Source: a virus (taxonomy: Duplodnaviria; Caudoviricetes). From it: 46,339 nt of DNA. Position 1 is the first letter of the stretch. Each line of letters begins with the position of its first letter. The position numbers and the translations under genes were made by a program. The notes under the pieces are model-generated. The model saw nothing but the letters and a program-made list of their open reading frames with translations, had not been told where the DNA came from and did not search any database. The DNA is taken from positions 1 through 46,339 of the IMG/VR virus record IMGVR_UViG_3300036786_000120. One strand, given 5' to 3'. This document shows positions 27,627 to 36,758 of the stretch, in pieces.

Positions 27627-28312
27627 AGCGCCTCGACGTGCAGGAGTATCCCGAGCTCTGGCGCCGGTTCCACGGCCGCGGCGATCTCGCCGCCCGCCGG
27701 GAGCTGATCGAGCTGCATCTCTCTCTCCCCGCGCTGGTGGCGGCGCGCTGCGCGTTTCCGCGGAAGCTCGACGTCGATGACGCGCTCGGTGAAGGGCGGC
27801 TGGCGCTCGTCGCGGCGGTAGACAGCTACGATCCCCGCCGCGGTCTCCGGTTTCTCAATTGGGCCCACCGGAAGATCCGCTGGCGGTACCGGGAGTGGCT
27901 GCGCCAGGAGGATCTCCTGACCCGCGGCGAGCGGCGCCGGGCGCGGCAAGAGGGCCGGGAGGCGGACGAGCCGATCCTCCTTTCGCTGCAGCAGGTGCTC
28001 GCGGACCTGGAGCTCGACTCCGGCTTCAACGAGCGCGTGCCGGCGCTGGGCGACGTGTTCGGATACTCCCCCGACCTCGACGCGACGGCGGAAGCGGCGC
28101 TGCAGGCGGAGCGCCTCTGGAGCGCGGTCCGGCACCTCGGCGGCAAACGGTCCCAGGTACTCGCGCTGGTCTACGGCGAGGACCTGGGGCAGAGAGAGAC
28201 GGCGCGACGGCTGGGGTGCTGCGCGACCAACGTGTCGCTGCATCGCCGGAAGTCGATCGAGGAGCTGAAGTCGCGCCTCGCCGGGCAGGCGGAGTTTTTC
28301 GGCGGCGGATAG
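27623..28312 (+). CDS. Sigma-70 family (FliA/WhiG-like) sigma factor
   Basis: 'AARRELIE', 'DDALGEGRLALVAAVDSYDPRRGLRFLNWA..KIR' region 2; region 4 HTH 'LVYGEDLGQRETARRLG'. Confidence 0.85.
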   Translation: MKRLDVQEYPELWRRFHGRGDLAARRELIELHLSLPALVAARCAFPRKLDVDDALGEGRLALVAAVDSYDPRRGLRFLNWAHRKIRWRYREWLRQEDLLTRGERRRARQEGREADEPILLSLQQVLADLELDSGFNERVPALGDVFGYSPDLDATAEAALQAERLWSAVRHLGGKRSQVLALVYGEDLGQRETARRLGCCATNVSLHRRKSIEELKSRLAGQAEFFGGG

Positions 28313-28475
28313 GTGACGGAGACGCGGCCGGCGGAGACTGCCATCTTCGCCGGCCGCTTGGGGTTGGGTTTCGTGCTGGGGAGCGACGAGCCCGGGCGGG
28401 CGCCCGTTTCGCATGTGCGCGGGGCACCCGATTCCAGTGTAGCAGGTGCGGTCACGCCTGCGGGAAGGGGGGGGG

Positions 28476-30227
28476 GTGGCGAGAGCAGAGCGGGAACCGG
28501 CGGACGGGGCCGTCGCGTTCGCGGAGGCGCTCCGGCTGGTGAAGTTGCCGCCGGGGTTAGAATTCGCCGCTGCCGGCACCTGCCGGCAGATCGTGCCGAC
28601 GGACCCGGCGAGCACGAAGGCCTACAGCCAGGCGGTACGCGGCGCCGGGTTCGTCCAGGTCTATCCCTATTTCTACGAGTGGTGGTGGGGGACTTTCGGC
28701 GGGACGCTCGCCTCGTACATCGTCCACGTCCGCAACTTCGCGCAATCCGACGGGCGAGTGATTCTCAGCGGCGCCGATCTCACCGGGCGCACCGCGCTGA
28801 GCTCGCGGACGCTGGAGCGGATCCGGGAATTCATGTGCCGGCCGACCGTCGAGCTCGCCCGGCAGCTCGACGTGCCGCTCGGGGAGGACCGTCTCTCGCT
28901 CCCCGAGATCCACGCGTACCTGCTGGCGTACGTCGGCGAGTTGGTCACCATCAAGCGCCAGGGCGACGGCCGCTACCGGCAGTACCGGCACGCGCCGCTC
29001 ATCAACGAGATGATCCACCCGCACGATCCGCGATTCGACGGGTGGCGCCGGGAGTGGCAGGAGCGAGAGGCGGCGCTCGGGCTCTCCAGCGAGCGGGGTC
29101 AGGCGCCCCTGGACCTGGAATCTGCACCACCTTCGCGTGAATCGAGCCCGGCGCCGCGGAGATACCCGACGAAAACGAGCGCTGAACCGGCCCAACCGGA
29201 CACAGAAAACGGCCAGATACGCGCCACTATGGCGGACGTTTCACCGGCTCCTGATTCTGACGGTGCCGGCGACGACGGAATCACCGAGGAAGAGCGGATG
29301 GCCGCCGAAATGGATGCAGAAAACCGGGCTTTCGCGGTCCGAAAACGGGCAACTACGCGCCACTATGGCGCGCATCTTCCGCCGGTAGATTCTCGCGCCG
29401 ATACTAACGGCGCGACGGAATCAACGGATCCCACTTCTGCGCGCATTTCGGCCGAAAACGGTGCAGAAAAGGGCGAAATGCGCGCCATAGTGGCGCGCAT
29501 TTCGGGTGCCTCGCGCGCATGCGAGTCCTCTAGAGGAGGATTGGAGGAAGAGAGAGAGAGTCCTCCTCCTCCCTACCCTCCCCCTCAAACGGAACCGGGC
29601 GCCGACGCGAAAGCGGGCGAGGACGAGGAGGATTTCTTCGCTACGCTCCTGGCTCTCGGAGCACCTGAACACCGCGTCTGCGAGTGGCGCGACTCGCCGA
29701 ACAAACGCGCTCTCTACCTCGCGGTGCTCTGGTGGCGGGACTATTGGCCCATCTACCTGCCCTGGAGTGAGGCGGATGGGCACGACATCGGAACACCGCG
29801 GGAGTACCTCTACACCTGCATCGGCAAGGCGATCCGCGAGAACGACGACAGCGCCCCGGGCTGCGTGCGGAAGGAGTTGCGCCGGCGGCGGCACGCGGCG
29901 CAGCAAGAAATCCGCGCGGTCCAGAAGCAGCAGCGAAGCTCCAGCGCGCCTCCGGAACATCACCCTGATTCGGCGGACCTCTGGCGCCGCGCGTTGGACG
30001 AAGCGGAGCGGCGCCTGGGCAACGAGGCGGTCGAAGGGTGGCTCAAAGACTGCGCGGCCGGCGTCCTGGCAGACGACACCCTCTCGCTCGGCACGCGCAA
30101 CAGAACCGCCCGGGAGTGGATCGCCAAGAAGCTGGCGCCGGCGCTGGAAGCGATCCTTACCGACCTTCGCGGCGGCCGTCCCACCCGGGTCCGCGTCACC
30201 CTGTCCTCGCCGGAGACCTCGCCATGA
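28476..30227 (+). CDS. Replication initiator with C-terminal DnaA N-terminal-like domain
   Basis: C-terminus 'LWRRALDE..WLKD..LSLGTRNRTAREWI' resembles DnaA domain I; internal iterons; start uncertain (next to G10 tract). Confidence 0.7.
   Translation: MARAEREPADGAVAFAEALRLVKLPPGLEFAAAGTCRQIVPTDPASTKAYSQAVRGAGFVQVYPYFYEWWWGTFGGTLASYIVHVRNFAQSDGRVILSGADLTGRTALSSRTLERIREFMCRPTVELARQLDVPLGEDRLSLPEIHAYLLAYVGELVTIKRQGDGRYRQYRHAPLINEMIHPHDPRFDGWRREWQEREAALGLSSERGQAPLDLESAPPSRESSPAPRRYPTKTSAEPAQPDTENGQIRATMADVSPAPDSDGAGDDGITEEERMAAEMDAENRAFAVRKRATTRHYGAHLPPVDSRADTNGATESTDPTSARISAENGAEKGEMRAIVARISGASRACESSRGGLEEERESPPPPYPPPQTEPGADAKAGEDEEDFFATLLALGAPEHRVCEWRDSPNKRALYLAVLWWRDYWPIYLPWSEADGHDIGTPREYLYTCIGKAIRENDDSAPGCVRKELRRRRHAAQQEIRAVQKQQRSSSAPPEHHPDSADLWRRALDEAERRLGNEAVEGWLKDCAAGVLADDTLSLGTRNRTAREWIAKKLAPALEAILTDLRGGRPTRVRVTLSSPETSP
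29205..29504. repeat. Putative origin iterons inside rep
   Basis: Three copies GAAAA..CGCGCCA(CTA/TAG)TGGCG (cores 29221, 29357, 29482); perfect 14-bp inverted repeat 29474-29504. Confidence 0.7.
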
Positions 30228-33200
30228 CTCGCACTGCACCCCAAAACCTTTCCACAGCCAGCCCGCACGGGTCGAAAGCCCCGGAAACCGAAGACGGCGC
30301 CGAAAACGGCCACGGCCACTACTTTCCCGCCCTGCCCCTGGCGCTCTGCGACGAATCCGACCTCAACCCGCGCCGGCAATTCGCGGAGGAGCCGCTCCAG
30401 GAGCTGGCGGCGTCGATCGCGCAGTACGGCGTCCTGCAGCCGCTCCTGGTCCGGACCACGACGCGCGGACGGTATGAGATCGTGGCCGGCTCGCGGCGCT
30501 CGCGGGCGGCCCGGCTCGCGGGGCAGACCGCAGTGCCGGCCGTGCTGCGGGACGAGCTCTCCGACGTGGAAGTCCTGGCGATGATGTTCCACGAGAACTA
30601 CGCCCGGGAAGACCTGAATGCCATCGAGATCGCGGAGGCGTGCCAGCGCGCGGTGGCGCTCGGTCTCAAGGGCGTGGAGATCGCCCGGAAGTTCGGGATC
30701 TCCGCGCCCACCGTCTCCAACCACCTGCGGCTGCTGCGGCTGCCGGAGAGCGTGCAGGAGCTGGTGCGCCAGGGCCGGCTCCGGCACTCCGCGGCGGAGG
30801 AGCTGGCGAAGTACGCCGAGCTGTACGAAGGCGCCGACCTCCTGGTGGCGGCCGCGGAGTTGACGGTCGAGCGGGCACTGACGGTGGAGCAGCTCCGGCG
30901 CGGGCTGCCGGTCCTCCAGCAGAGCCTCGACGGCGGCCGGACGGCGCGATTCACCGGCCCGGTCAGCCAGGACGCCGCGCCGTGTGCGGAATGCCCGTTC
31001 CACGCGCGGCTGACGCTGCTCGTGCTCTCGCAATGGAACACGGGGCACACCTGGACGGAGGCGCGCTGCGCGAACCCCGCACACCTGGCCGAGCTGACGG
31101 CGGAGCGGAAAGCGATCGAGGAGGAGCGGCGTCGCGAGGCGGAAGCCGCGTTCGAAGCGCAGCGCCGGCAGCGGGAAGCGGTGGAGATTTGCACCCGGCC
31201 CCAGCGTCACGAGGAGCTGAAGGCGCAGGAGCTGCGCGCCGAGAGCCGGGCGCGCGGCCAGCGAGTCCGGATGAAGCGGGAGCAGGCTGAGGCGCTGCTC
31301 GCCCGGAAAGGCGACGTGTGCGGCAGCCGGGAATGGGCGGACGTCGTCGCGCAGGCGGCGGAGAGCGCGGGCCAGGCGCACCGGAAGGCGGTGTTCAAGG
31401 AGCTGGGCCTCGCGAGTCTGCTCCCGCTCTGGGATGGGTGGCAGTCGACCGGCCGGAAGCGCCTGGACGCGCTGGCGGCGCTGCCTACCGCGCTCCTGGT
31501 GCAGGCCTACCACGGCATGCGGTGGCGCAAAGAGGCGGCCACCGCGGGCGGCAGTTACGGCGCCGGCAAAACCCCGCTCATCGACTGGTATCTCGGGCTG
31601 CTGGAGCCGGAGAAGGCGCAGCCGATCGAGCCTACCCACTGCGGAGTCTGCGGCAAGGAGATCCCGCAAGGTGTCGTCTGCAAGGTGATCGCCGGCCTCG
31701 CCTGTGATCCGGAGTGCGAGGAGACCGCCCGCGGGCTGCCGGGCGGGGAGCACGAGGCGGACCTGGTGTTCGTGCGGGCTCCGCAGCGCGGGTTTATCCT
31801 GCCGGCGGAACCTGAGCAGGCAGGGGAGTCCGAGCAGCGGCCGCCCACGTACGCCGAGTCGGCGGCCAATCTCGAAGCCCGGATCGCCACGCTGCAGGCG
31901 CGCGAGACGGCGCCGGCGGGGCAGATCGCCTGGTTCGAGCGGAAGCTGGAGCGCGTGCGCCGGCGCCTGGCATCTTCCGGCGTCGGGGGAGGGTGCAGAG
32001 CAGAGAGGGGAGAGCCGCCCGAATCGAGTCCGGCCTCGCCTCTCGCCGCTCCACTCGTGGAGCGCGAAGAGTACGACGAAGCAGAGGACGACGGGCTCTA
32101 CTGCTCCGCGGGCTGCATGGAAGAGCTGCCGGAGGCGGTGGCGCTCACCGATTCGCCGCCGGACGGCACCGTGGTGATCGCCGCCCCGGACGGCGACGTC
32201 CTCTGGACCGGCACGCCGGCGGAGTTCCTGGCCGTCGACAGCTTGCCCGTACGGGTCGCCATTGGCTGGCTCCTCACCCCACAGGGCGGCGTTTACTGCC
32301 CGGGCTGCGTCTCAGACGTGCGGATGTGCCGGGCCTGCGGCTGCACGTCGGAGCATGCTTGCGAAGAGGGCTGCTATTGGATCGAGCCGGACCTTTGTTC
32401 GAATTGCCGGCCGGGGCAATCGGAGGCAGCCACGCCCGCGGTTCCGCTGGCGCCGCGCTCCTTGACCGAAACGGAAACCGCCGACGCGGAGCCGGATGAC
32501 GCCGACGCGGCCGCGCGGCTGGCCAGGATCTCCACCTTCGCCGAGGACGCGGACGAGCTGAACCGGCTCTCGGCGCCGGCGCCGAAAGCCGGTTCAGCTC
32601 CCGCCAATGAGCCGGAGACGCCGGGCCGCATTCCGAGCGACTTCGTAGACGCCGGCTCGGAGAAACCGGCTGAGCGCTTCTTCTACCGGGATCCGGATGG
32701 GCTCGGCATGTCGGGGCAAATCTGGGTGCAGGAGCTGTCGCCGGGCTGGGAATGTTCGGTCTACTGGACGATCGGCGAGAGCAGCTCTCAGGGCCAGAAG
32801 ACGGAGCTCGCTGAATCCCGCCGGAAGGCCGTCCAGGCAGCGGTTTCGCTATTGACGGAGCCGCTCGAGCGGCTGTTCCTCCGCGAGCTGCCCGCGGGCT
32901 CGATCACCGTCCGCGAGGCTTCGCGGTTGATCCGGTGGGGGAACGAGATCCTCACGCAGGTGATCGAGGACGAGCGGGCGACGCCGGTCGGACAGGCCGA
33001 AGCCGCGCCGGCGGCCCCCGTCCCGAACGAGCAGGGAATCTACCCGGAGGAGCTCGCGGAGCGGCTGGAGTGGCCGAACGCCCCGAAGGCCCGTCACGCG
33101 CGCATTCTGCTCCTGGAGCTGCCGGGCCGGGGTTGGATCGAGGCGACCTGCTACCAGACCAGCGGCGCTGGCTCGTCCCACGGCCTGTCCGAACGCTTCT

Positions 33201-33565
33201 CGAAGCTCTACCAATCGCGCCTCGCCGCGCTGCGCGCGGCCGTCTCCAGCCTCTGCGACCAGATGTGGCACTTGAAGCAGGGCGGCGGTTCGCAGACGCA
33301 GCGCCGGGAGGCGGAGAAGATCCGGCAGTGGGCCTGGGACGTGCTGGGCGCCGCTGAATCGACGCCGGAACCGGAACCGCGCATGCCGGCGGCGCCGGCG
33401 GCTGACGACGACGGCTTGGCGGCAGGAACCCTGGAGGCCGTCCAGGAGCGACTCGACCTCGAAATCCACGAGATCCTGCGCGATCTCCGGGCGTTGGAGG
33501 ACGAGATGCTCCGGGGGCTGTTCGGGGAGAAGCCGCCCTGCGGAGGAGACGGCCATGCCGAATGA
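30224..33565 (+). CDS. Giant ParB/Spo0J-domain fusion protein (1113 aa) with several Cys clusters
   Basis: 'NPRRQF..LQELAASIAQYGVLQPLLVR..YEIVAGSRRSRAA..ENYAREDLNAIE' plus HTH; multiple CxxC. Confidence 0.85.
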   Translation: MTRTAPQNLSTASPHGSKAPETEDGAENGHGHYFPALPLALCDESDLNPRRQFAEEPLQELAASIAQYGVLQPLLVRTTTRGRYEIVAGSRRSRAARLAGQTAVPAVLRDELSDVEVLAMMFHENYAREDLNAIEIAEACQRAVALGLKGVEIARKFGISAPTVSNHLRLLRLPESVQELVRQGRLRHSAAEELAKYAELYEGADLLVAAAELTVERALTVEQLRRGLPVLQQSLDGGRTARFTGPVSQDAAPCAECPFHARLTLLVLSQWNTGHTWTEARCANPAHLAELTAERKAIEEERRREAEAAFEAQRRQREAVEICTRPQRHEELKAQELRAESRARGQRVRMKREQAEALLARKGDVCGSREWADVVAQAAESAGQAHRKAVFKELGLASLLPLWDGWQSTGRKRLDALAALPTALLVQAYHGMRWRKEAATAGGSYGAGKTPLIDWYLGLLEPEKAQPIEPTHCGVCGKEIPQGVVCKVIAGLACDPECEETARGLPGGEHEADLVFVRAPQRGFILPAEPEQAGESEQRPPTYAESAANLEARIATLQARETAPAGQIAWFERKLERVRRRLASSGVGGGCRAERGEPPESSPASPLAAPLVEREEYDEAEDDGLYCSAGCMEELPEAVALTDSPPDGTVVIAAPDGDVLWTGTPAEFLAVDSLPVRVAIGWLLTPQGGVYCPGCVSDVRMCRACGCTSEHACEEGCYWIEPDLCSNCRPGQSEAATPAVPLAPRSLTETETADAEPDDADAAARLARISTFAEDADELNRLSAPAPKAGSAPANEPETPGRIPSDFVDAGSEKPAERFFYRDPDGLGMSGQIWVQELSPGWECSVYWTIGESSSQGQKTELAESRRKAVQAAVSLLTEPLERLFLRELPAGSITVREASRLIRWGNEILTQVIEDERATPVGQAEAAPAAPVPNEQGIYPEELAERLEWPNAPKARHARILLLELPGRGWIEATCYQTSGAGSSHGLSERFSKLYQSRLAALRAAVSSLCDQMWHLKQGGGSQTQRREAEKIRQWAWDVLGAAESTPEPEPRMPAAPAADDDGLAAGTLEAVQERLDLEIHEILRDLRALEDEMLRGLFGEKPPCGGDGHAE
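30242..30278. repeat. Palindromic element copy 5 (in-frame in ParB N-terminus)
   Basis: CAAAACCTTTCCACAGCCAGCCCGCACGGGTCGAAAG. Confidence 0.8.
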
Positions 33566-35345
33566 AGGCCTGCAGGAATCGACGACGGCGACGGCGACGC
33601 TCGATACGCTCCGCTTCCGGGACGACCAGGACGAAGGGGACGGCCTGCGAATGGACCTCAGCCGCCTGGTGGAGAGCCGGCTCCTCGTTCAGGCGAACAG
33701 CGGTGCGGGCAAGTCCCGCGCGCTCCGCTCCCTGCTGGAAGAGACGCACGGGCGCGTGCAACAGCTCGTCCTCGATCCGGAGGGGGAGTTCGCCAGCCTA
33801 CGCGAGCAGTTCGACTACGTCCTCGCCGGCCGGGAGCGAGACGTGCCGGCCGAGCCGCGGTCCGCCGGTCTCCTCTGCCGCCGCTTGCTGGAGCTGGGCG
33901 CCAGCGCCGTCATCGACCTGTACGACCTGCGGCTGCCGGACCGCCGCCGCTTCGTCCGGCTCTTCCTGGAAGAGTTGATGGCGCTGCCGCGCGACCTCTG
34001 GCGCCCGCTGTTGGTGGTGATCGACGAGGCGCACGTCTTCGTGCCGGAGCGCGGCGAGGCGGAGTCGACGGAGGCGGTCATCACGCTCTGCACGCAGGGG
34101 AGGAAACGCGGCTACGCCGCAGTGCTGGCCACGCAGCGGCTGAGCAAGCTGCACAAAGACGCCGCGGCGGAGCTCCTGAACAAGCTGATCGGCCGGACTT
34201 CCCTGGATGTGGACGTGCGGCGCGCCGGCGACGAGCTGGGACTGCCGCGCGAGGAGCGCCAGTGGCTCAAGAGCTTGCGGCCAGGCGAGTTCTACTGCTA
34301 CGGCCCGGCCCTGGCCGTGCAGACCGGTATCGTCAAGATCCGGACCGGCGAGGTTCTAACCAGCCACCCGGAAGCCGGGCGGGTGGGCGGTTACGCCGCC
34401 CCGCCGGCTCCGGCGGCCGTGCAGGCGCTGCTGGCGCAGCTCGCGGATCTCCCGCGGGAGGCCGAGGAGGAGGCGCGCACCGTCGACGAGCTGCAGCGGC
34501 AGCTCCGGGAGGCGCGCCGCCAGATGCAGGAGCGGCAGCCGGCGCCGAAGACCGTCATTCAGCGCGTGGAGGTGCCGGTCCTCGACGACGTGCACGTAGG
34601 GCGGCTGAGTGCCGCGGTGGACACCCTCGGCGTGATCGCGGCGCAGATCACCGCCGGCCTGGCGCGTCTGGGCCCCGGATCCACGGAAGCGAAAGCCGTC
34701 GAATTGGGCGAACCGGGCAAGCCCGATTGCGCAGACGCCTCGCCCGAAACCGAGCCGCCCGCGGCCCCAAAACCTTTCGACCCGTACGGGCAAGCTGTGG
34801 AAAGGTCTGAGCCCGCTGTCGCCCCGGAGAACGGCGCGCGGCTCCCGCTGGACACGGCCGCGGCGGGGCTGCTCGCCGTCCTCACGCGCCAGTACCCCGC
34901 GCGCTTCAGCCGGGCGCAGCTCCGGCCGCTGTTGGGTCCCGCGGCGAACGAGATCGCGCTGCGCGTGGCGCTCCGGGTCCTCGCCGCCCGGGGCCTGGTC
35001 GACTCCGCCGACACGCCAAAGCTGACCGAGCTGGGCCGGGTCGCAGTGGAGTCCGCGCCGAAAGGCCGTGGTGCCGAGCGCCGGTTCGTGGAGTGGCAGC
35101 GGGCGCTGCCGAAGGCGGCCTGGAAGCTTTTCTGGGCGTCCGTGTGCAGCTACCCGCTGTGGCTGGCGCGCGACGAGCTGGCAACGCTCGCCGGTTACCA
35201 GCCCGGTACCGGAACGATGGACCAATCGTTTGCGGCACTGATCCGCAACGAGCTGGTGGACGTGCGCCGCGGCGACGGCCGCAATCGCGAGGTGCGGGCC
35301 GCGGCGTCGCTCATCGAGGAGAGAGAGGAAGGGGAGAACCCATGA
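33555..35345 (+). CDS. HerA/FtsK-superfamily P-loop ATPase (DUF87-like)
   Basis: Walker A ANSGAGKS, 'LVLDPEGEF', Walker B VVIDEAH, 'GRKRG..LATQR'. Confidence 0.85.
   Translation: MPNEGLQESTTATATLDTLRFRDDQDEGDGLRMDLSRLVESRLLVQANSGAGKSRALRSLLEETHGRVQQLVLDPEGEFASLREQFDYVLAGRERDVPAEPRSAGLLCRRLLELGASAVIDLYDLRLPDRRRFVRLFLEELMALPRDLWRPLLVVIDEAHVFVPERGEAESTEAVITLCTQGRKRGYAAVLATQRLSKLHKDAAAELLNKLIGRTSLDVDVRRAGDELGLPREERQWLKSLRPGEFYCYGPALAVQTGIVKIRTGEVLTSHPEAGRVGGYAAPPAPAAVQALLAQLADLPREAEEEARTVDELQRQLREARRQMQERQPAPKTVIQRVEVPVLDDVHVGRLSAAVDTLGVIAAQITAGLARLGPGSTEAKAVELGEPGKPDCADASPETEPPAAPKPFDPYGQAVERSEPAVAPENGARLPLDTAAAGLLAVLTRQYPARFSRAQLRPLLGPAANEIALRVALRVLAARGLVDSADTPKLTELGRVAVESAPKGRGAERRFVEWQRALPKAAWKLFWASVCSYPLWLARDELATLAGYQPGTGTMDQSFAALIRNELVDVRRGDGRNREVRAAASLIEEREEGENP
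34768..34809. repeat. Palindromic element copy 6 (in-frame in ATPase linker)
   Basis: CAAAACCTTTCGACCCGTACGGGCAAGCTGTGGAAAGGTCTG, near-identical to copy 3. Confidence 0.85.
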
Positions 35346-35602
35346 AGACCACAATCCGGCAGTCCGAGCGCCTGCAGCTCATCGGGCTGCTGACGCTCTC
35401 GAAGTACCACAACGAGCAGATCCGGGACCTCGGCCGTGCCGCTCGGAGGCTGCTGGAGCTGCCGGAGGACAGCACGCACTCGGACCACGTGGAAGACGCC
35501 GTCTGGAACGACTATGACGCGGACGAGCTGCTCTCCAAGCTGGAGATCCCGGTAACGGAGCCGACGGAGCCAGTGAGGGAGGAAGGGCAGAGCCATGAGT
35601 GA
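35342..35602 (+). CDS. Hypothetical protein
   Basis: GGAG RBS, ATGA overlap. Confidence 0.65.
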   Translation: MKTTIRQSERLQLIGLLTLSKYHNEQIRDLGRAARRLLELPEDSTHSDHVEDAVWNDYDADELLSKLEIPVTEPTEPVREEGQSHE

Positions 35603-35837
35603 GCCAGAGGCTCAAGGCCCGCAAACGCCCGAGGAGTGGCAGGAAGCGGCGGACCTGGCCACCTTCTGGCTGCACGTGGACGCGGCCCGGGCCTACGGCC
35701 TGGTGAAGGGCGGACCACCGGTAGACGCGGACCGCTGCGAGGCGCTGCTGGCCGCCGCCCGCGGCCGCGGCGTCCGGCCGGCTCCCGATGCTGTCGAACG
35801 TTACACGGCGCGGATGCTGGCCGGAGAGGCCCTATGA
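35595..35837 (+). CDS. Hypothetical protein
   Basis: Overlap coupling. Confidence 0.65.
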   Translation: MSEPEAQGPQTPEEWQEAADLATFWLHVDAARAYGLVKGGPPVDADRCEALLAAARGRGVRPAPDAVERYTARMLAGEAL

Positions 35838-36406
35838 CCGTAAACGCTGACCCGATGCCGGAAGAAGTGGAGTTCGCGGCAACGCCGCTGTTCGGCATGA
35901 AGTCCCGCCTGCCGCTGGTGGACGTGCGTCTCGGGCGCGAGCGAGTGCAGATGACCTCGACCAAGGCCGCCCTGATCGGCTCCTGGCTCCTGGAGGGTGC
36001 CGAAGCGGCGCTGACCGACGCCTTCCTTGCCACGCTCGACGGCGGCGAGGCCGCGCGGCTGCTGACTGCCCTCCGGGAGCTGCGCGGGCTCAGCACCGAG
36101 GAGCGCCTGCAGGAGTTGGGTGAGGAGGAGACGCCAGCGCACGTCCAGTCGCTCGCCGGGACGGTGCCGCTGGTGGAGTTCCGTCTCGGGGTCGAGACGG
36201 TCCCGTTGGAAGCGCCGCGCGCCGTGCGGATCGGCCTGGCGCTCCTCCGAGCGGCGACGGAGGCGGAAACGGATGGTGCGGTCTACCTCGCCTGCGAGCG
36301 GCGGAGGATGGGGAAACACCTGACCGCGGCCCTCGTCGGCGACGCGCGCATCCTCCGCCAGGAGCTGCGCGCGAAGGCGGAGCGGGCCGACGAGGAAACG
36401 TCATGA
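35834..36406 (+). CDS. Hypothetical protein with internal duplication
   Basis: ATGA coupling; two similar 'PLV..RLG' halves. Confidence 0.65.
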   Translation: MTVNADPMPEEVEFAATPLFGMKSRLPLVDVRLGRERVQMTSTKAALIGSWLLEGAEAALTDAFLATLDGGEAARLLTALRELRGLSTEERLQELGEEETPAHVQSLAGTVPLVEFRLGVETVPLEAPRAVRIGLALLRAATEAETDGAVYLACERRRMGKHLTAALVGDARILRQELRAKAERADEETS

Positions 36407-36758
36407 TCAAGTTTCGGGCGACCAAAGACGGTCCGAAGGGGCTTCGGGACCTGGGAGGAACGAGCGCGTAGCCGCACTCCTGGGTTCCCTTCCGCGCGCC
36501 CCAGGTCCCCGTCGGACCCGGGGCGTCACTGCTCAGGGGAGCGCCAGCCAACCGCCGACCGGAAAATCGTGCGCGAAGTACGGTTCTCCCGGCGGCTAGT
36601 AAGTGAGAGGCTGGCTTGACACCGGTCAATCCGTAATAATGCAAGCAATCAACAGAAAGCGGTAATCAGTGGATCACCCCTGTGTTTCCACGCCGTCCCA
36701 CGGGGCGTCCCACGAGTCCCATGAGAAGGCCGTGCGTCGCTTGTTGAGTGGAGTCGCC

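Noticed and set aside
36616-36640. Canonical sigma70 promoter TTGACA...TAATAAT
   Set aside because: Spacing is only ~12-13 bp; kept only as a possible operator palindrome
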